Below, piece after piece: positions 1-28,308 of a stretch of DNA of 64,000 bases; within the stretch, counting starts at the first letter, position 1; each line of letters starts with the position of its first letter. Made by a program: the position numbers and the translations under genes. The notes beneath the pieces are model-generated. The model saw nothing but the letters and a program-made list of their open reading frames with translations. It had not been told where the DNA came from and did not search any database. Origin of the DNA: Macrostomum lignano (taxonomy: Eukaryota); assembly GCA_002269645.1 (NCBI GenBank), contig NIVC01000947.1:310001-374000 (forward strand), given 5' to 3'.

Positions 1-212
1 GGCAAAGTGGGAAGAATGGAGTAGAGTGGGGTAAAGTGGGTCAGAATGGAGTAGAGTGGGGTAAAGTGGGGAAGAATGGAGTAGAGTGGGGTAAAGTGGG
101 TCAGAATGGAGTAGAGTGGGGTAAAGTGGGTCAGAATGGAGTAGAGTGGGGTAAAGTGGGTCAGAATGGAGTAGAGTGGGGTAAAGTGGGTCAGAATGGA
201 GTAGAGTGGGGT
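1..212. repeat. 30-bp minisatellite GAATGGAGTAGAGTGGGGTAAAGTGGGTCA, about 7 copies (truncated by window edge)
   Basis: Direct tandem periodicity; in the calcineurin intron downstream of the 1226 exon. Confidence 0.95.
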
Positions 213-1225
213 AGAAAATTCAGAATTGGAAATGGATCAAACAGCAGGAGTGGTTGAGTGAGCAATGCTACGACCGTATGCAGCTACGGGTGCTATGCAG
301 TCCCACACCTGACCTCGGTTATTTATACGAGTTAACGAGCATTTACCAATGTAACGGGTTGAGAAATAGACAAATACAAAAATATTCCCAGCTAGCGAAT
401 TGCATTGTAAAGTTAAGCTATCAGGCCTTCAAATCCGCCAGATTGCAAGTTGACAGTGAATAGCAGCAACTGAAGAAATGAAGTTCCGACCAGGATAAAT
501 AAATAATACTAAGAAAGATGGCAATACTCGAACTGCACTACTGGTTCACATTTTGGGGTTCGGGAAGTAGTATAGAGCAGACAAAAACACTGGGAAAAGG
601 AAAAAAGCACTAGAGGCTGCTAATATTACTAATAAGCGGTACAAAATCAATTTAGACAATTTTCATTCATCAAGGATGTCCATTGTCATAAGTTTTTTTT
701 CAAAATTAATTGTATCGAGGTTTAAATTAATCTGTCAATCAATAAATTTTTATTAGCTATCGATACTAAAAGATGAATTATTTTGTGACAGAATCAAACT
801 GAAATCATTGGCTTGCATCATACTAAACTATATGATATGCTCTCTTACCCTTAGAAGACTTTTTGTCTGAAAGAAATTCACAATAAGAAGGTTAAATATC
901 TCGCCGGGTTTTGCTAGCGGATTTATTTTATAAATGTAAAAAACTTGGTTAATATGGGTGATTGGAAATTTCAAATTAAACTCAACCAGCTACGACTTCA
1001 TGCTAGAAAAACAGCATAAACACACGTTACTTGCTACTGTTGAAGGCTGTAAAGTAGTCTGAATAACGTGTAATAGCATATCTATGCTGTAAATATTAAA
1101 ATATCTGCCCAATACAAGGACTTGGACAGAGAAAAAAAACAAAACCAAAATACTCGACGTTGCAACATTGCCGTTTTAAATTATTATGAAAAATAATTTA
1201 ATAATTAATAACTTCTTGAACTCAC

Positions 1226-8906
<7,681 letters not shown>

Positions 8907-10003
8907 TTCAATGTGCTTTGTCTAAGGAATTAGTAAACAAGTAAAACTTACTTTTAAATATACTAAATCTAATTCTAAACAATTTTTTATGTTGATTACC
9001 GACAAGCCGTAAGAACAAATGAAGTCAAAACGAAGGTTAAAAAGAAAGGCAAGTCACAAAAACATGTTTTAAAAGGAAATCAAAAAACAAACAGACACTG
9101 CTTAGTAGTTTTCAAATTGTGGAAATTGGATGTGATTTGTACGAAAACACTATACTTATCCTAACTAAAACTAAACACCGACTTACTTTGACATGAAAAA
9201 CTGAAACCCTGTCGAATTTAAAAAATACGTTTATAGTGTGTACGCTTGATAAAATCAGTAAACCAAAGTAAAAATAATTTGCGTTTACTTTATAGCTTTT
9301 GGCCCTTAAAAATGCTTTAAAAAATTTAGTAGACAGTTTCAGTGCTTTTCTTTTAGAAACCTGACATAAATACGATTTGGCGACTTTTCAAAATGCTATT
9401 GCTAATTTTGTTCCAAGAAAAGTATTCTTTGTTTGGCATCAGAAGCAATAAGCCAGTGTAAGGTATTTGGATTTAAAAGCGAAAGCGAATTAGAGTTTAG
9501 AAGAACTACAGAAATATAAAGTTGCTGCACGAATTCAGTGGACAAACTTTATTTTTTTCCACTAGCCAAAACAGGCTGTGTCTCAGCCACTTTTTAAATA
9601 CAAAATACCGAAATACGATTTTTTAATGTTCAAATTAAGAAGGCAAACGCAAAGGCTGTTGGCGTTAGTATAAGAAATTAATTAGTATTTGTGGATATAG
9701 ATATGATATACATTATACCAGTACCAGTAGGCTCCCACTTTCTTGTACTGTATCTATGACATGGGCTGCCAGTCACGTCGCCAACAAGACATTTCGGCGA
9801 CGGACACTTCGGGCTTTGGCAACAATTTTGAGACAAATGAATTTTTCGGCGACAGTAGGCGGGGAGTAGGGACTAATTTTGGCGACAATGGGGAAGAAAT
9901 TTCGACAAAAAACCTGGATACAATATGAATACAATATGAATTGAAGAATAAGTAGGGGGGCCTAGTGATTTGACAAGCGATTTATATTTGTATTTCATTT
10001 AGG

Positions 10004-10635
10004 GGCAATCCTGAAGATTCCCGGGTTTAATTATTTTATGGAATTAAAGCAATCCAATCAAAAAAGTCTGTCAGTGTTACACTATTGGCATGGGTAATAG
10101 TGTCCAATCCAGTATAGGATATTGCCAAACTGATGGTCCAGGAAGGCCCGGCCCCACATGAACTCTTGCAGGTATGTGCTAAAAACAAAAAGGGCATCCA
10201 AAGTCCTGTGCATGGCCTGGAATTTGGCCTTGCAGTGGGCCCACATGCCCTCGACTGTATTTGTGTGAGTGTCTAGGTTATTTGAGTCATGGAAATGCAG
10301 TGAATGGTTCACTATCAGGTGATTTGCCAGTGTATTGTAGGCTGCCCACTGATCAGTGACGATTCATGTCCCTGGAAGCACATGCTGGTTGATCACTGGC
10401 AGCAGTATGTTGGCTGAATGGTCTGGCACAGGAATAAGAACGCATTGATGAGTGCCTTTCTCCATTATGCCCAGCACCCAGTGGCCTTCATGGTACTGCC
10501 CCTGGTGGTACTTGCAATGCATGAATTTGGACTCATTGATCTCAATGTCCACTCTGGGCCCACCAAGCTGTGTCTTGTTTGTTTGGGCCCACCAAATGCG
10601 TAAAATAATTAAACGTGGGAATCTTCAGGATTGCC
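10004..10635 (-). mobile_element. Merlin (IS1595/ISXO2-like) DNA transposon, internally deleted non-autonomous copy
   Basis: About 35-bp TIRs: GGCAATCCTGAAGATTCCCggGTTTAATTATTTTA (left) vs GGCAATCCTGAAGATTCCCacGTTTAATTATTTTA (right, reverse complement); 8-bp TSD CATTTAGG at 9996-10003 and 10636-10643. The GG-start TIR and 8-bp TSD are typical of Merlin. Confidence 0.92.
10082..10567 (-). pseudogene. Merlin/ISXO2-like DDE transposase remnant
   Basis: One frame reads LGGPRVDIEINESKF..KYHQGQ...HWVLG...VPDHSANILLPVINQHVLPGT*IVTDQWAAYNTL...VNHS...HTNTVEGMW, matching the family motifs IDES, KYxRGR, W(V/I)FG, DRS, LPGT-I-SD-W-AY, VNHS, HTxxIE. In-frame TGA at 10364-10366. Confidence 0.88.
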
Positions 10636-10836
10636 CATTTAGGCCCTATTTTAAAGGTGGTATTGGTAAAGTAGGCCTAAAAATAGAAAAAATACAAGGA
10701 TTTATTATTTAATGATAAAGGATTGCTAATAATTCTTTTTATGATAGTACAATGAAAATAAAAGTCAGCCATGTACTAAAATAGTTAATTTCCTGAAATG
10801 GCCTAATATTATTGCCAAAATGACTGTTACCTAGTG

Positions 10837-11236
10837 CAATGGCATACCTAGGATTTTAAAAAGGGGGAATAACTTTTAGGGACAAAATTGTAGAGTAATA
10901 AAATAGTTTTTTGCAATTTTTTGCTTAAAATATGCATTTAAAACTTAAAAGTACTAAAACCATGTTTATTTAGCTAAAAAACTTTATTTTGTTAAAATCA
11001 AAATAAAGCCAGTAAATATCTGTTCTGTCTATGCATTTTAAGAACTAAGGCTTCATAGAAATATCATATAAAACATTTTTATATTTGTTTATAGGTGAAA
11101 TAGGCCATTTTTTTGTAATTTTGTCAAGTCTAAGCCGCTTTAGTTTGCTTTTTTCAAAAAACTTTATTTTAATTTTTTATAAATTATCAAAATGAGGAGA
11201 TATATTCCTGTATCTTCCCCACTAAGTACGCCACTG
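10837..11236. mobile_element. Possible MITE with CAGTGGCGTAC-type termini
   Basis: Left CAATGGCATACCTAGG (a CpG-decayed form) vs right reverse complement CAGTGGCGTACTTAG; AT-rich interior; no TSD seen. Confidence 0.3.
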
Positions 11237-12694
11237 CTTTTTACCAAAATGTCTTGTTGCCATTTGCTAAAGTGTTTATTATAGAAATATCTTTTTGCCA
11301 AAGTCAGTGACTATGACTAGTAGGCCTAGCTTATGACATGTAGCCAAAAGCCTTGACCATCTGTTGATAGTTAATACTAGGCTTTATCAAGCTTAGATAA
11401 TTTTTATTGCTTATATAACATTTAAGCTTTTTTTGACCTTCACTTAACTTAAGGCTTTTTATTATTCTTGATAATGGCATAAATATTGGAAAGGTAGCAA
11501 TCCTAGGTGACTACCCACCTATCTTTCTAAGGATTATCACCATAATCTTTTTAAATGAAAAAGTAAAATAGTCAAAGGTAAGCCTAGCCTTTTTTCATGG
11601 AAAATACTTGTGCAAAGTAGTTAATAGCCTAGCACTATTTCTTAATCCTAGTGTAGACCAAAATTAATTTTTTTATAAAATCTTGGCCATATTCTATTTG
11701 TATTAAAAAACTTGCATTTGTATACACATAGTTGATAAACTTGCATACTTGTGTATACTTTTTGTGATAATCATATACAACAAAAAAACTCAAAGCCATG
11801 GTTAGAAAGGTATGCCATATGTGCTACAATAAATCTCTAGACAAATTTTAATTGTGCACTGTGTGCCAAGTAAAAAACTGCATGTATACCAAGAAAAAAA
11901 TCTGCATTTTGTATTAATAGTAGCTATGATATAACAATATAACAAATTATAGGTTCTACAACAAAATGCATCAATCATAAAAGAAGGCTAAACAATACCA
12001 ATAGTCACAAATCTAAAAAATTAAATGTCTATATCATCCCCAGACTCTAATTTAGCCAGTTCATAGTTGTAGTAGTGTCCAACAAATAATCTTATTTTGA
12101 ATATTGACTTATATGTATTTTTTTATTTTTTTCCTCAATGTTAATAAAAAAACAATTGTTATATTTAAATTTTTCAGTAAAATATGTATTCTTTGTATAT
12201 TCAAAACATTTTTTGTGCTATTTTAATTAAATTGAATATTTGAAAAAGGAGCAAGTACACATTTATATGTCACACTTTATGTGTGAACTAAGTGCTGTGT
12301 GCATTAGAAAATTCCGTTGTCACAATTTTATGTGAAATCTACCACCTTCCTGATTGTAGACTCAAAGTAGCATAATTTTTTTGAAAATATTTTTATTTAC
12401 ATGTAACACAAATAATATATATATATATAAGACTTGCCTTCCTTAAAAAGGTCCTTTATTATTAAAACTGCAAAAAGGACCTTTAATGTCATGATATGAA
12501 AAAAAACTTGTTATGGGATAAAAACTGATATATATATACGGCAACTTTTTGTTCCTAAATTGCCATACAAATATTCTATCCTGGGATGCAGTAAAATGGT
12601 CTAACCAACTCTATATTATCTAGCACAGATGGTATAGACTATACAATATGGCATATAAAAAATAATAATATCTTGTGTAGTGCTAAACATGCTT

Positions 12695-12880
12695 AGGTGT
12701 AACCTAGGGACTCACCTGGGCATTTCATTCTATTGGTAACACATACATGTAAGTTGCTATTGGATGGAATAGTACTCATGTGACTACTCTCAGCCAATAG
12801 TGACTTACATATATGAGTCATATATGTGTGTTGCCAATAGAAAAGGCCTAGTGATTCCCAAGGTTGCACATGTATAGTGC
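12695..12880. repeat. Imperfect inverted repeat / foldback (MITE-like)
   Basis: GTGTAACCTAGGGACTCAC...TTCTATTGGTAACACA on the left vs reverse complement of the right arm GTGCAACCTTGGGAATCAC...TTCTATTGGCAACACA. Confidence 0.5.
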
Positions 12881-14399
12881 TAAGCCATTCCAAAAGGTAT
12901 ATATTGTGGTAAAAACTTCCAGTGTGTATTTGTTTTGCCCAAAAATGTAATATACAATTGGATATTGCTCTAGTATAAAGTAGCTTGATGAAAAAATATG
13001 GTATGATAATAGGACATGTCTTCTTAAGGCATTGAATGGGATATTATGATTCTATAGAATATACTGGGGTATTACTGATTGGATTAATTATTTATTAAAG
13101 TATTAATTAAAATCTAACAATGTTTGTCAGTCTTAGTAAGAAATCCTTAAATAAGTTTGTCAGTTGAAAAAGACTAAAGAAGTTATTTTTGTTGATCAAA
13201 ATTTTATTTGTTTATTGTTATATCAATGCCAACATTGATTGATGGGCATAGCAACTAAGTATAATTATATTAATATCAAAGCAAAATCTATATACCCATT
13301 TTGCACTATTTGTCTATCTCTCAGTTGTTGATTTTTTGAAAACCATCTGGTTGATTTCTAATTTTTGGAGATCATGCATAACTTTTTTGATGAAAAATTA
13401 AAATTCAAACTATTTTTAATGCTTCCAATGAGCACTCCGTTTTATTATCTAATTATTCAGCTCAACCTATTTAGGCCTCTCCTTGGCCAATGTACAGTGT
13501 AGAATATGTATTCACAATAGAATTTTATGATCCTTTTGCATGGTGGGCTTGCAATTTAATTGCAGTGTTGATTGAATTTTATTGTGTACTATCCAGTCTG
13601 ATAGACAATTGATGAGAGAGAGCAGGGGTTATAAAGCTAACCTGAAAAGGTTGAAACGCGAAGCCTTTTTTCATCAATCCCCTAATCTGCTCTGATCTCG
13701 TTTGTTATCTTACAATACATCAAGGGTGACATAGTTGCAGATGGGGGCAATGTCTATGCCCAGTTAATTCATATTCATTTGGAAAATTGGTATATAATAC
13801 TTATACCATAATTGGAAATGGGTCAAATATATAAAAAACAATGTTTTTTAATGTTTTCAATATTTAAATTTTAAATTCAAACACATACTCGTACCATAGG
13901 GCTTACAGTGCTTATGTAAAACTTCAAACAATGAAAAAATCAATTTGAAAATGAGTCAAGTATTTAAAAAACAATGTTTTTTAATGCTTTCAGTGTTTGA
14001 ATTTTGAATTCGAATGCCCTTATAGGGGCTTAATGGGCTAGTCTAGTGCTTTCTAAATAAAAAATTATTACAATCTTTGTTTTATAGCCTAAATATATGT
14101 AATTTGTTTAACTTTAAGATCAAGGAAACATAACTATATTTTGAGTCTTATTAGTAGTTACTTGCCTTTCAAAATGTACCTATTAACTGATCTTACTGCT
14201 TTAGTAGCATCTCAGAATCGAAGCACTCACAGTCAAACAAGATCTGGCAAATAATTAAGCATGTTTAGAGATTGTACGGCTATCTGATCTGACCTGTCGA
14301 GCAAATACAGACTTTTATAATTTCTCATTCTCACCCTGTCTTTCTGTCTGTCTTCTTGTTTATCAAGTTTCTTGAGAGTTTGAGACTGAATCCTCTTAA

Positions 14400-21335
<6,936 letters not shown>

Positions 21336-22850
21336 CCATGACAATGGACCACTAAACTGACTGAATTTGTGCTAAGCAAATTTAATTAAATAAACTGTAT
21401 AAGCTAATAAATAGTACACATTTACGTATTCCTGAATTTCGAATGATCTGTTTTTTAATCTTTCAAGTTTGTATTATGTCATATAAATAGTCTTGATAGT
21501 TTTATACATATATAATTCTTTGTGAGTTTATATCTTTCATACTGCCTTGTAACTTTTTTTATTACAAATTACTATGATATACTGGGCAAATTTTAGCGTA
21601 TGAGTAATTCATAATTTATGCTAACTAATTTATGCGTGTTAATAACTAACTTAATTATGAGAATGATTTAATCTAAGGCTTATTCCAGTTTACTTTATAA
21701 ATCTGGGATATTTATTAATTCTTGCCCATTTCTCTATTACTAGTTATGTTATTGTGTAGTTCGCAATCCTTGTTTTCCGGTGTTTATTAGTACAGGCCCC
21801 TAAAGCCACGCCTCATACGCATTGCACATATTATATATATTATTTAAATCTTCAAGTCTTGTAAGTCTCTAAAATCCCCAGGCTGCACAGAATATGATGT
21901 TGTCCCAGATGTGTTGGGCTAGATAAGGGATAGATAGACCTGGTAGATAAAAAAGCAGATAAGTATAGAGAATGTAAAGTGAGGGGGAAAAAACGTTGAC
22001 GCAACATCTTAAAAGATGCCAGCTGCTGTTGCTGTTAGCTTGTGACTGTGTGGTGCGCTAAATTGTAAGATAAAATGTAAGGGTTTGAACTGTATGTATC
22101 ACTGTGCCCCGTCAGTCGCAACTTTGCCTGGCCAAGTGTTAAGATATATAGCTATAGCCGTATATTATACTGTACTATAAAGTGTGTATCTGCGTTGTAT
22201 ATATAAGCAGTCAAGCACTAGCAGATGCTGATACACGCAAGTTAAATTTGTCCTGTGGGCATGGGCTGGGCATCTGCTAATGCTAATAGTATGAAACAGC
22301 GCGATTTGATACATAAAACCGTCATACAGTAGAGGTTAATGCGTGTGTACATGATTAGCTTAGCTTAACCATGTGGTTAAAGCTATAAACTTAAAGGAGT
22401 GTGTTGTGTTTTGCGTGCGTGCAGTAGTAGTAGTGCGCCCTTCTTGCTCTCTGTTGACCTCTACGGGCCCAATACGAGCCCTATAGGCCTCCTCTCCATT
22501 TTCGATTCCTACTGTGCTGTCTCATCCTTCCTCCTTTTCTTCTCTTTCTTATCTATCCAACATACCCCGGTCCACACTGTACAGATGCGTTCCTGTGTCA
22601 GCGGGGGGTGGGTGTGTGGCCCCCGGCGTACATTTGCGACCGGCGCGCTTCTCCAATGTACACTTGGCTGGTTCAGATAGATTGGGGGGTGTCGCGCGAC
22701 AGATTAATTCCGAGCAAGAGTAAACGCGCGAGAGAGGGAGAGAGAGAGAGCGGGTAGGGGGTGACGGCGGGGTTAATAATAGTTTTAGCTTCTTTTATTA
22801 CACTGTTGTAGCTTAATGGAGAGGAGAGGGCAGCGGGCATGACACAACGG

Positions 22851-22858
22851 TGACGTCA
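22851..22858. promoter_or_regulatory. Perfect CRE palindrome in a CpG-rich, promoter-like segment (about 22560-22980)
   Basis: TGACGTCA in a locally CpG-rich segment with a GA-rich tract upstream and a strong donor (A/gtaagt at about 22891) downstream. An 8-mer alone is weak evidence. Confidence 0.25.
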
Positions 22859-23984
22859 GTTTTTCAGGCAAACTGCTGGTCCTAAAATTAGTAAGTGCAC
22901 ACAAGCCGGCGGAAAGCGGAACCCCCAAATCCGAACCCCCTCCCCTCCGCAGTCCTCCAGTCTTCACCGGGCTCAAGCCCTCCCCTTCTTACACAGAATC
23001 ATTTTCCTATCTATCTTACTCGCTCATTTGTAGCGTAGCGTCAATAATAGCGTGCGTGTTATAATAAAAGGACTATAGGCCAAGTATTGTCATAACATTG
23101 TCTTCTCTTTACGCTGTTATGTATGTCTGGTCTGGAAGAGCTTAACTGTGTTTAATCATGCCCTGGCCTTGGGCCAGTACAGAACTAAGAATGAAATGGA
23201 ACAAAGTATGCATTGTATATACTTTTAGCAAATAGTAAAAAATGACAGCAACAGCAGTTTTGAAAAATTTGACTGAATATTTTTTGCTGCTAGAAATAAA
23301 AACCGGAGTAGACACTCGGATGTTTTTAATTAATCTTGTTACAAAATATTTGAAAAAAACGATTTTTTAATCCTGCGCCTGTCTGTCTCTGTGACTGTCT
23401 AATTTCGACGTTTTTTAAACTGTCCCTTACATCTAAAACTAGTCTAATTATAATGTCTTTAATCGAGTTTTTACATAGAATTGTTATCGCCTTTTTAAAA
23501 AAAGAAAATTGCTAATTGTGCCGACTAATTATTATATGGCTAGAAATTAGCCTTTTTTATTTAAACTACTGCAATTGCATGTACAGCCTACACTTTTTGC
23601 CAATTTAATATTCTCTTTAAACCCTTGATTTTTAAACTGCCTTAGCCGTTTCAAAAAATCTGTGTAATTATTCAATATTACTAACAATATAGTTTGTACT
23701 TTGGCGGCCTTGTGTCATCAATGCTCATCTTAAAATCATTCAATTTAATGCATGCATCCTTTAGTTGTGTTTTATTAAACGCAAATTTTTGTTAAAGTTT
23801 GTCGCGCAAGAGGTTGGTTTTTTTAATTTAAATTCAGCAACGCGTTGGTAAGTAAGGTAAGGCTTCCCAGATTCCCCAGTGTTATAAACTTAAATATTTT
23901 TAGCAATATATTTGCGCGTTATATTTGTCTATTTGTTTTTTTTGACCGATTCTCTCTTTATGCTGTCGATTTTAAACTCTATTC

Positions 23985-24445
23985 TCATAGGTGACAGATC
24001 GGGTTTTAAAGCTCTAATCTCATAGATAAGTGTCAAGAGATGTGAATATGAGATTCTTATCTCAGACGTGAGAAATAAGAGTTACGAGCTCTAATCTCAT
24101 AGATGCGAGGTGAGAACTCAGATTTTGAGGTTTCATCTCATAGCGGAAATGAGATTATCTGGGCTCTAATCTCAGCTGAGAGATGAGATTTTGAAGCTCT
24201 AATCTCATAGGTGAGAGATGAGATTCTAAAGCTCTAATCTCATAGGTGAGAGATGAGATTCTGAAGCTCTAATCTCATAGGTGAGAGATGAGATTCTAAA
24301 GCTCTAATCTCAAAGGTGAGAGATGAGATTCTGAAGCTCTAATCTTATAGGTAAGAGATGAGATCTTAAAAGCTCTAATCTCATAGTTGAGAGATGAAGT
24401 TCTGAAGCTTTAATCTCATATAAGACGCAGGTGATTTTGAGATTC
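23985..24445. repeat. 35-bp minisatellite AGATGAGATTCTGAAGCTCTAATCTCATAGGTGAG
   Basis: Tandem periodicity, homogeneous centre and degenerate edges. Confidence 0.9.
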
Positions 24446-25249
24446 TAATCGATTTGGGTCATGAGGTATTCAGATTATTAATTAATATATAAACTTTAAA
24501 GTCTCAATAAAAAGCGTCTTAGCGCACTCCTATATCGCTGTATTAATATTGCTTGTACTCAACTGTGTCATCTCATCTCTCTATCTTTCACTAAACCTAA
24601 TGCAATCCATGTCCATTGTGTATATTGAAATCCGCGCTATTGTAATTAAATATTGAAATTAATTAATTTAACACTTGGTTTCTGTGTCTGTTTGACGTTA
24701 CATGACCCTTTCTTCGGATGCACATACTGCTACTATATAATATTGTAATTCATAGTAAGTAATTAGCCAGCTTTGCTTTCAGTTTGTTATAGATCCTAAC
24801 ATTAAAAACAATGCTATGCTAATTACTATTAATAAAAAATAGCTCGATAATTTATTGTTACAAATCGTTGTGTTGTGCTTTTTTTATGTTTCAGTTGACT
24901 CTATAATTATTTATAAACAGTGCTATTTGTTGCGTTACTAAAACCTTATTGGATAATATAATTATAGTTATTTTGACGCGAAAATTTTCTTGTCTTTGTT
25001 AATTTGGAATTTAAGCTAAAAATGCGATAACAATTTGCTTATCTTGCGTATTTATGATGCTTTTCTACGTGAATACGATTTGCACCTGTATTTGGCCTGT
25101 AAAACTAAAATGCAATCTCGACTGTTCAGATAAGAAAAATTATCGATTTAATCGTTTGAGACACACAACCGGATTAGTGTCAGTTTTTAATTGGCTTAGT
25201 TAATTTCAATTTTTATAGTGCTCCGACAGATTGTTTTGTCTTTTTTGGA

Positions 25250-26222
25250 TTCTAAACACCCTGAACTCTAACTACCCTGCATTTTGAACCCTTAAACACC
25301 CTGCATTCTGGACTCTAAACAACCTGCATTCCGAAATCTAAACACCCTGCATTCCGAAATCTAAACACCCTGCATTCCGAAATCTAAACACTGAATTCTC
25401 TACTCTAAACACCTTGAATTCTGAACTCTAAACACCCTGAATTCTGAATTCTAAACACTCTGCATTCTGGACTCTTAAACACCCTGAATTCTGGACTCTA
25501 AACACTCTGAATTCTGGACTCTAAACACTCTGAATTCTGAACTCTAAACACCCTGAATTCTGAACTCTAAACACCCTGAATTCTGAAATCTAAACACCCT
25601 GAATTCTGGACTCTAAACACTCTGAATTCTGAACTCTAAACACTCTGAATTCTGAACTCTAAACACCCTGAATTCTGAACTCTAAACACCCTGAATTCTG
25701 GACTCTAAACACTCTGCATTCTGAACTCTAAGCACCCTGAATTCTGAAATCTAAACACTCTGAATTCTGAACTCTAAACACCCTGAATTCTGAACTCTAA
25801 ACACTCTGAATTCTGGACTCTAAACACTGCATTCTGAACTCTAAACACCCTGAATTCTGAAATCTAAACACTCTGAATTCTGAACTCTAAACACCCTGAA
25901 TTCTGAACTCTAAACACCCTGAATTCTGGACTCTAAACACTGCATTCTGAACTCTAAACACCCTGAATTCTGAAATCTAAACACTCTGAATTCTGAACTC
26001 TAAACACCCTGAATTCTGAATTCTAAACACTCTGAATTCTGAACTCTAAACACCCTGAATTCTGAATTCTAAACACCCTGAATTCTGAACTCTAAACACT
26101 CTGAAATCTGGACTCTTAAACACTCTGAATTCTGAAATCTGAATATCCTGAAATCTGAATTTTAAACACCCTGCACTCTGGACTCTAAACACACTGCATT
26201 TTGAACCCTTAAACACCCTGAA
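25250..26222. repeat. 23-bp minisatellite CTGAATTCTGAACTCTAAACACC, about 40 copies
   Basis: Tandem periodicity. Confidence 0.95.
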
Positions 26223-26441
26223 TTAAATTGTTATGAAAGAAAGAAGTTATGCATTCTGAGCATGTCTGTCAATAAAGTTTGTTTTAGTTCCACAAGAATT
26301 TCTATTATATTGAAAATTTTCCCAAAGCCACGTTACGAATTATGAATATAAACCTGTAGAATGGTCTGTTTTGCAGTATCCAAGGTTGTAGTGCAAATCA
26401 GCTGTACGCTCTAACTTACTGACTTGACTGTCTGCTTTTAG

Positions 26442-26524
26442 GGGACAGGGGCACAGGGCGTAGGAAGCGGAAAATTCGCTACTTCCTACTTTGGCTACCA
26501 AAGTTATTCGTCAGGATTCCCCGG
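26442..26524 (+). CDS. Isolated putative exon (GTGAQGVGSGKFATSYFGYQSYSSGFP)
   Basis: Branch/acceptor ctaacttactgac...ttttag and donor GG/gtgaga; partner exons not established. Confidence 0.3.
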
Positions 26525-26751
26525 GTGAGAGGATTTGAAGTTACTTGGGTGCAGTGTGCGCTGTTCTTTCCTATCTAGATTGTGTGTCTGTGTACTTTCT
26601 GCTCTAGTCTATGCCGGCAGTTGTTATCAAGCTAATGCGTTTGTTGTCCAGCGCTATCTAGATTGTAGGGTACATTTTTTGTTATAAACCCATATGGGTT
26701 ACAGCTCACTTAGGAAAGCAATGAGGTACACCTCGTCATGATGCCTTTTTC

Positions 26752-26944
26752 TTAGATAATTTTGCCTCTCTTCTTGACTCCCCTTGCAGCTTTTGAAAGA
26801 CGGGCACTGCTCCTTCGGGCAGACAATTCAAGAGAACTGCTTTTAAACTGCTCATCATATTGCAATACTGACTTCTTCTGCTGACTGCGGCAGCATGACA
26901 GCTGTGGTGAGTGGCCTGGGCTGCCTGTCTGTCTGTCCCTTTGA

Positions 26945-26986
<42 letters not shown>

Positions 26987-27466
26987 GCCTGCCTGTCTGT
27001 CTGCCTGCCTGCCTGTCTGTCTGCCTGTCTGTCTGTCTGCCTGTCTATCTGCCTGCCTGTCTGTCTGTCTGTCCGTCTGTCTGTCTTTCTTCTGTATCTA
27101 TCTATTTATCAATTTATTGACCAATCTATCTATTCATAATTCGCAAGATTCCCATCATCAATTCCGCTAAATTATTAAAGTACTAAACATACCCCCAACC
27201 AACGCAGCTTAATAACTGCTTCCCAAAAGAGGAAACTGGGAGCCCAGCGGGGCATGAATGCGCTCTCTATTATGACGCTTTGCAACCAGACTTTCTCAGC
27301 CATTTTCTCTCACCCTGCTGTTCCCTCTTTTCGTTTCGCTGCTTCTTTCTCCGTCTCTTTTGACGGATAGCTTTTTTGGTGCCACCCACGGCTTGCAGGC
27401 GCGCGGGGGCGGGGGTGGGGGATTCTGCCTCGGACACCCTGGCCAGCTTGTGGGATTCCCATTCGG
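26752..27466 (-). CDS. Unidentified putative exons 27466-27314 and 26884-26752 (basic C-terminus)
   Basis: Acceptors cgctaatctgcgccag and gctgccgcag, donor AGG/gtgaga; the last exon can read QQKKSVLQYDEQFKSSSLELSARRSSARLSKAARGVKKRGKII*. All three frames of the first exon are open, so the frame is uncertain. Confidence 0.3.
26925..27090. repeat. (CTGT/CTGC)n microsatellite
   Basis: Tetranucleotide tandem repeat. Confidence 0.95.
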
Positions 27467-27498
27467 CTGGCGCAGATTAGCGGTGGGACTGCTTGTGA

Positions 27499-27696
<198 letters not shown>

Positions 27697-27724
27697 GGAT
27701 CAAATTGCTTCAGTTTGCATCATT

Positions 27725-28160
27725 CTACTCATATTCTACCAACGTCTTCTGGACTCCTAGTTGAAAATGTCTGCCTCTCATGAGAGAGACGCACTCGGAC
27801 ACCAGCCAGTATTGAGCATTGAGGACTCTCTCAGCATAGTCCGATCCAGAGAGGAAATTGATTTGGTAAACCTTGCAGAGGCCTCTCTCTGTCAAGAGTG
27901 AGGCGAAGCAAACTGGCGGAGAACGAAAAGAAAAAGAAGAACCGGCAGATAAAATGCTTTCAGTGTCCGATTGCATAACCAATTTGTTTAGACCAAACCA
28001 AGGCGAAGTCGCCCTCACCCTTCCCGGCAGACAGATTTTCTTTTACCAAAAGCAGAAATTCTTGTTCTTGGAGTGAGCATTCGCTGACCTTCCCTTGGCC
28101 CTGAGGTGGTAATCGAAACCGGCTATCTAATTCTTCAAATTTGAAGACACAGGCCTCATA
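27725..28160 (-). CDS. Unidentified putative spliced coding segment (exon ending 28019, 106-nt intron, exon 27912-27725)
   Basis: AAG G/gtgagg donor and a strong polypyrimidine acceptor ttctttttcttttcgttctccgccag join in phase: ...EQEFLLLVKENLSAGK/VCFASLLTERGLCKVYQINFLSGSDYAERVLNAQYWLVSECV...EYE*. No family recognised; plus-strand splice signals also occur here. Confidence 0.35.
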
Positions 28161-28187
28161 AACGCTTCCCGCAATTAAATACACTAA

Positions 28188-28214
28188 GACAGACAGACAG
28201 GCAGGCAGGCAGGC

Positions 28215-28308
<94 letters not shown>

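Larger units (their letters stand above)
9770..10826. mobile_element. Possible older degenerate TIR element hosting the Merlin insertion
   Basis: Left end CAGTCACGTCGCCAACAAGACATT vs right end (reverse complement) CAGTCATTTTGGCAATAATATT. Related GTCAC..TTTGGC..CAAGACATTT ends occur at about 7628-7700 (+) and 11240-11312 (-). No TSD found. Confidence 0.3.
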
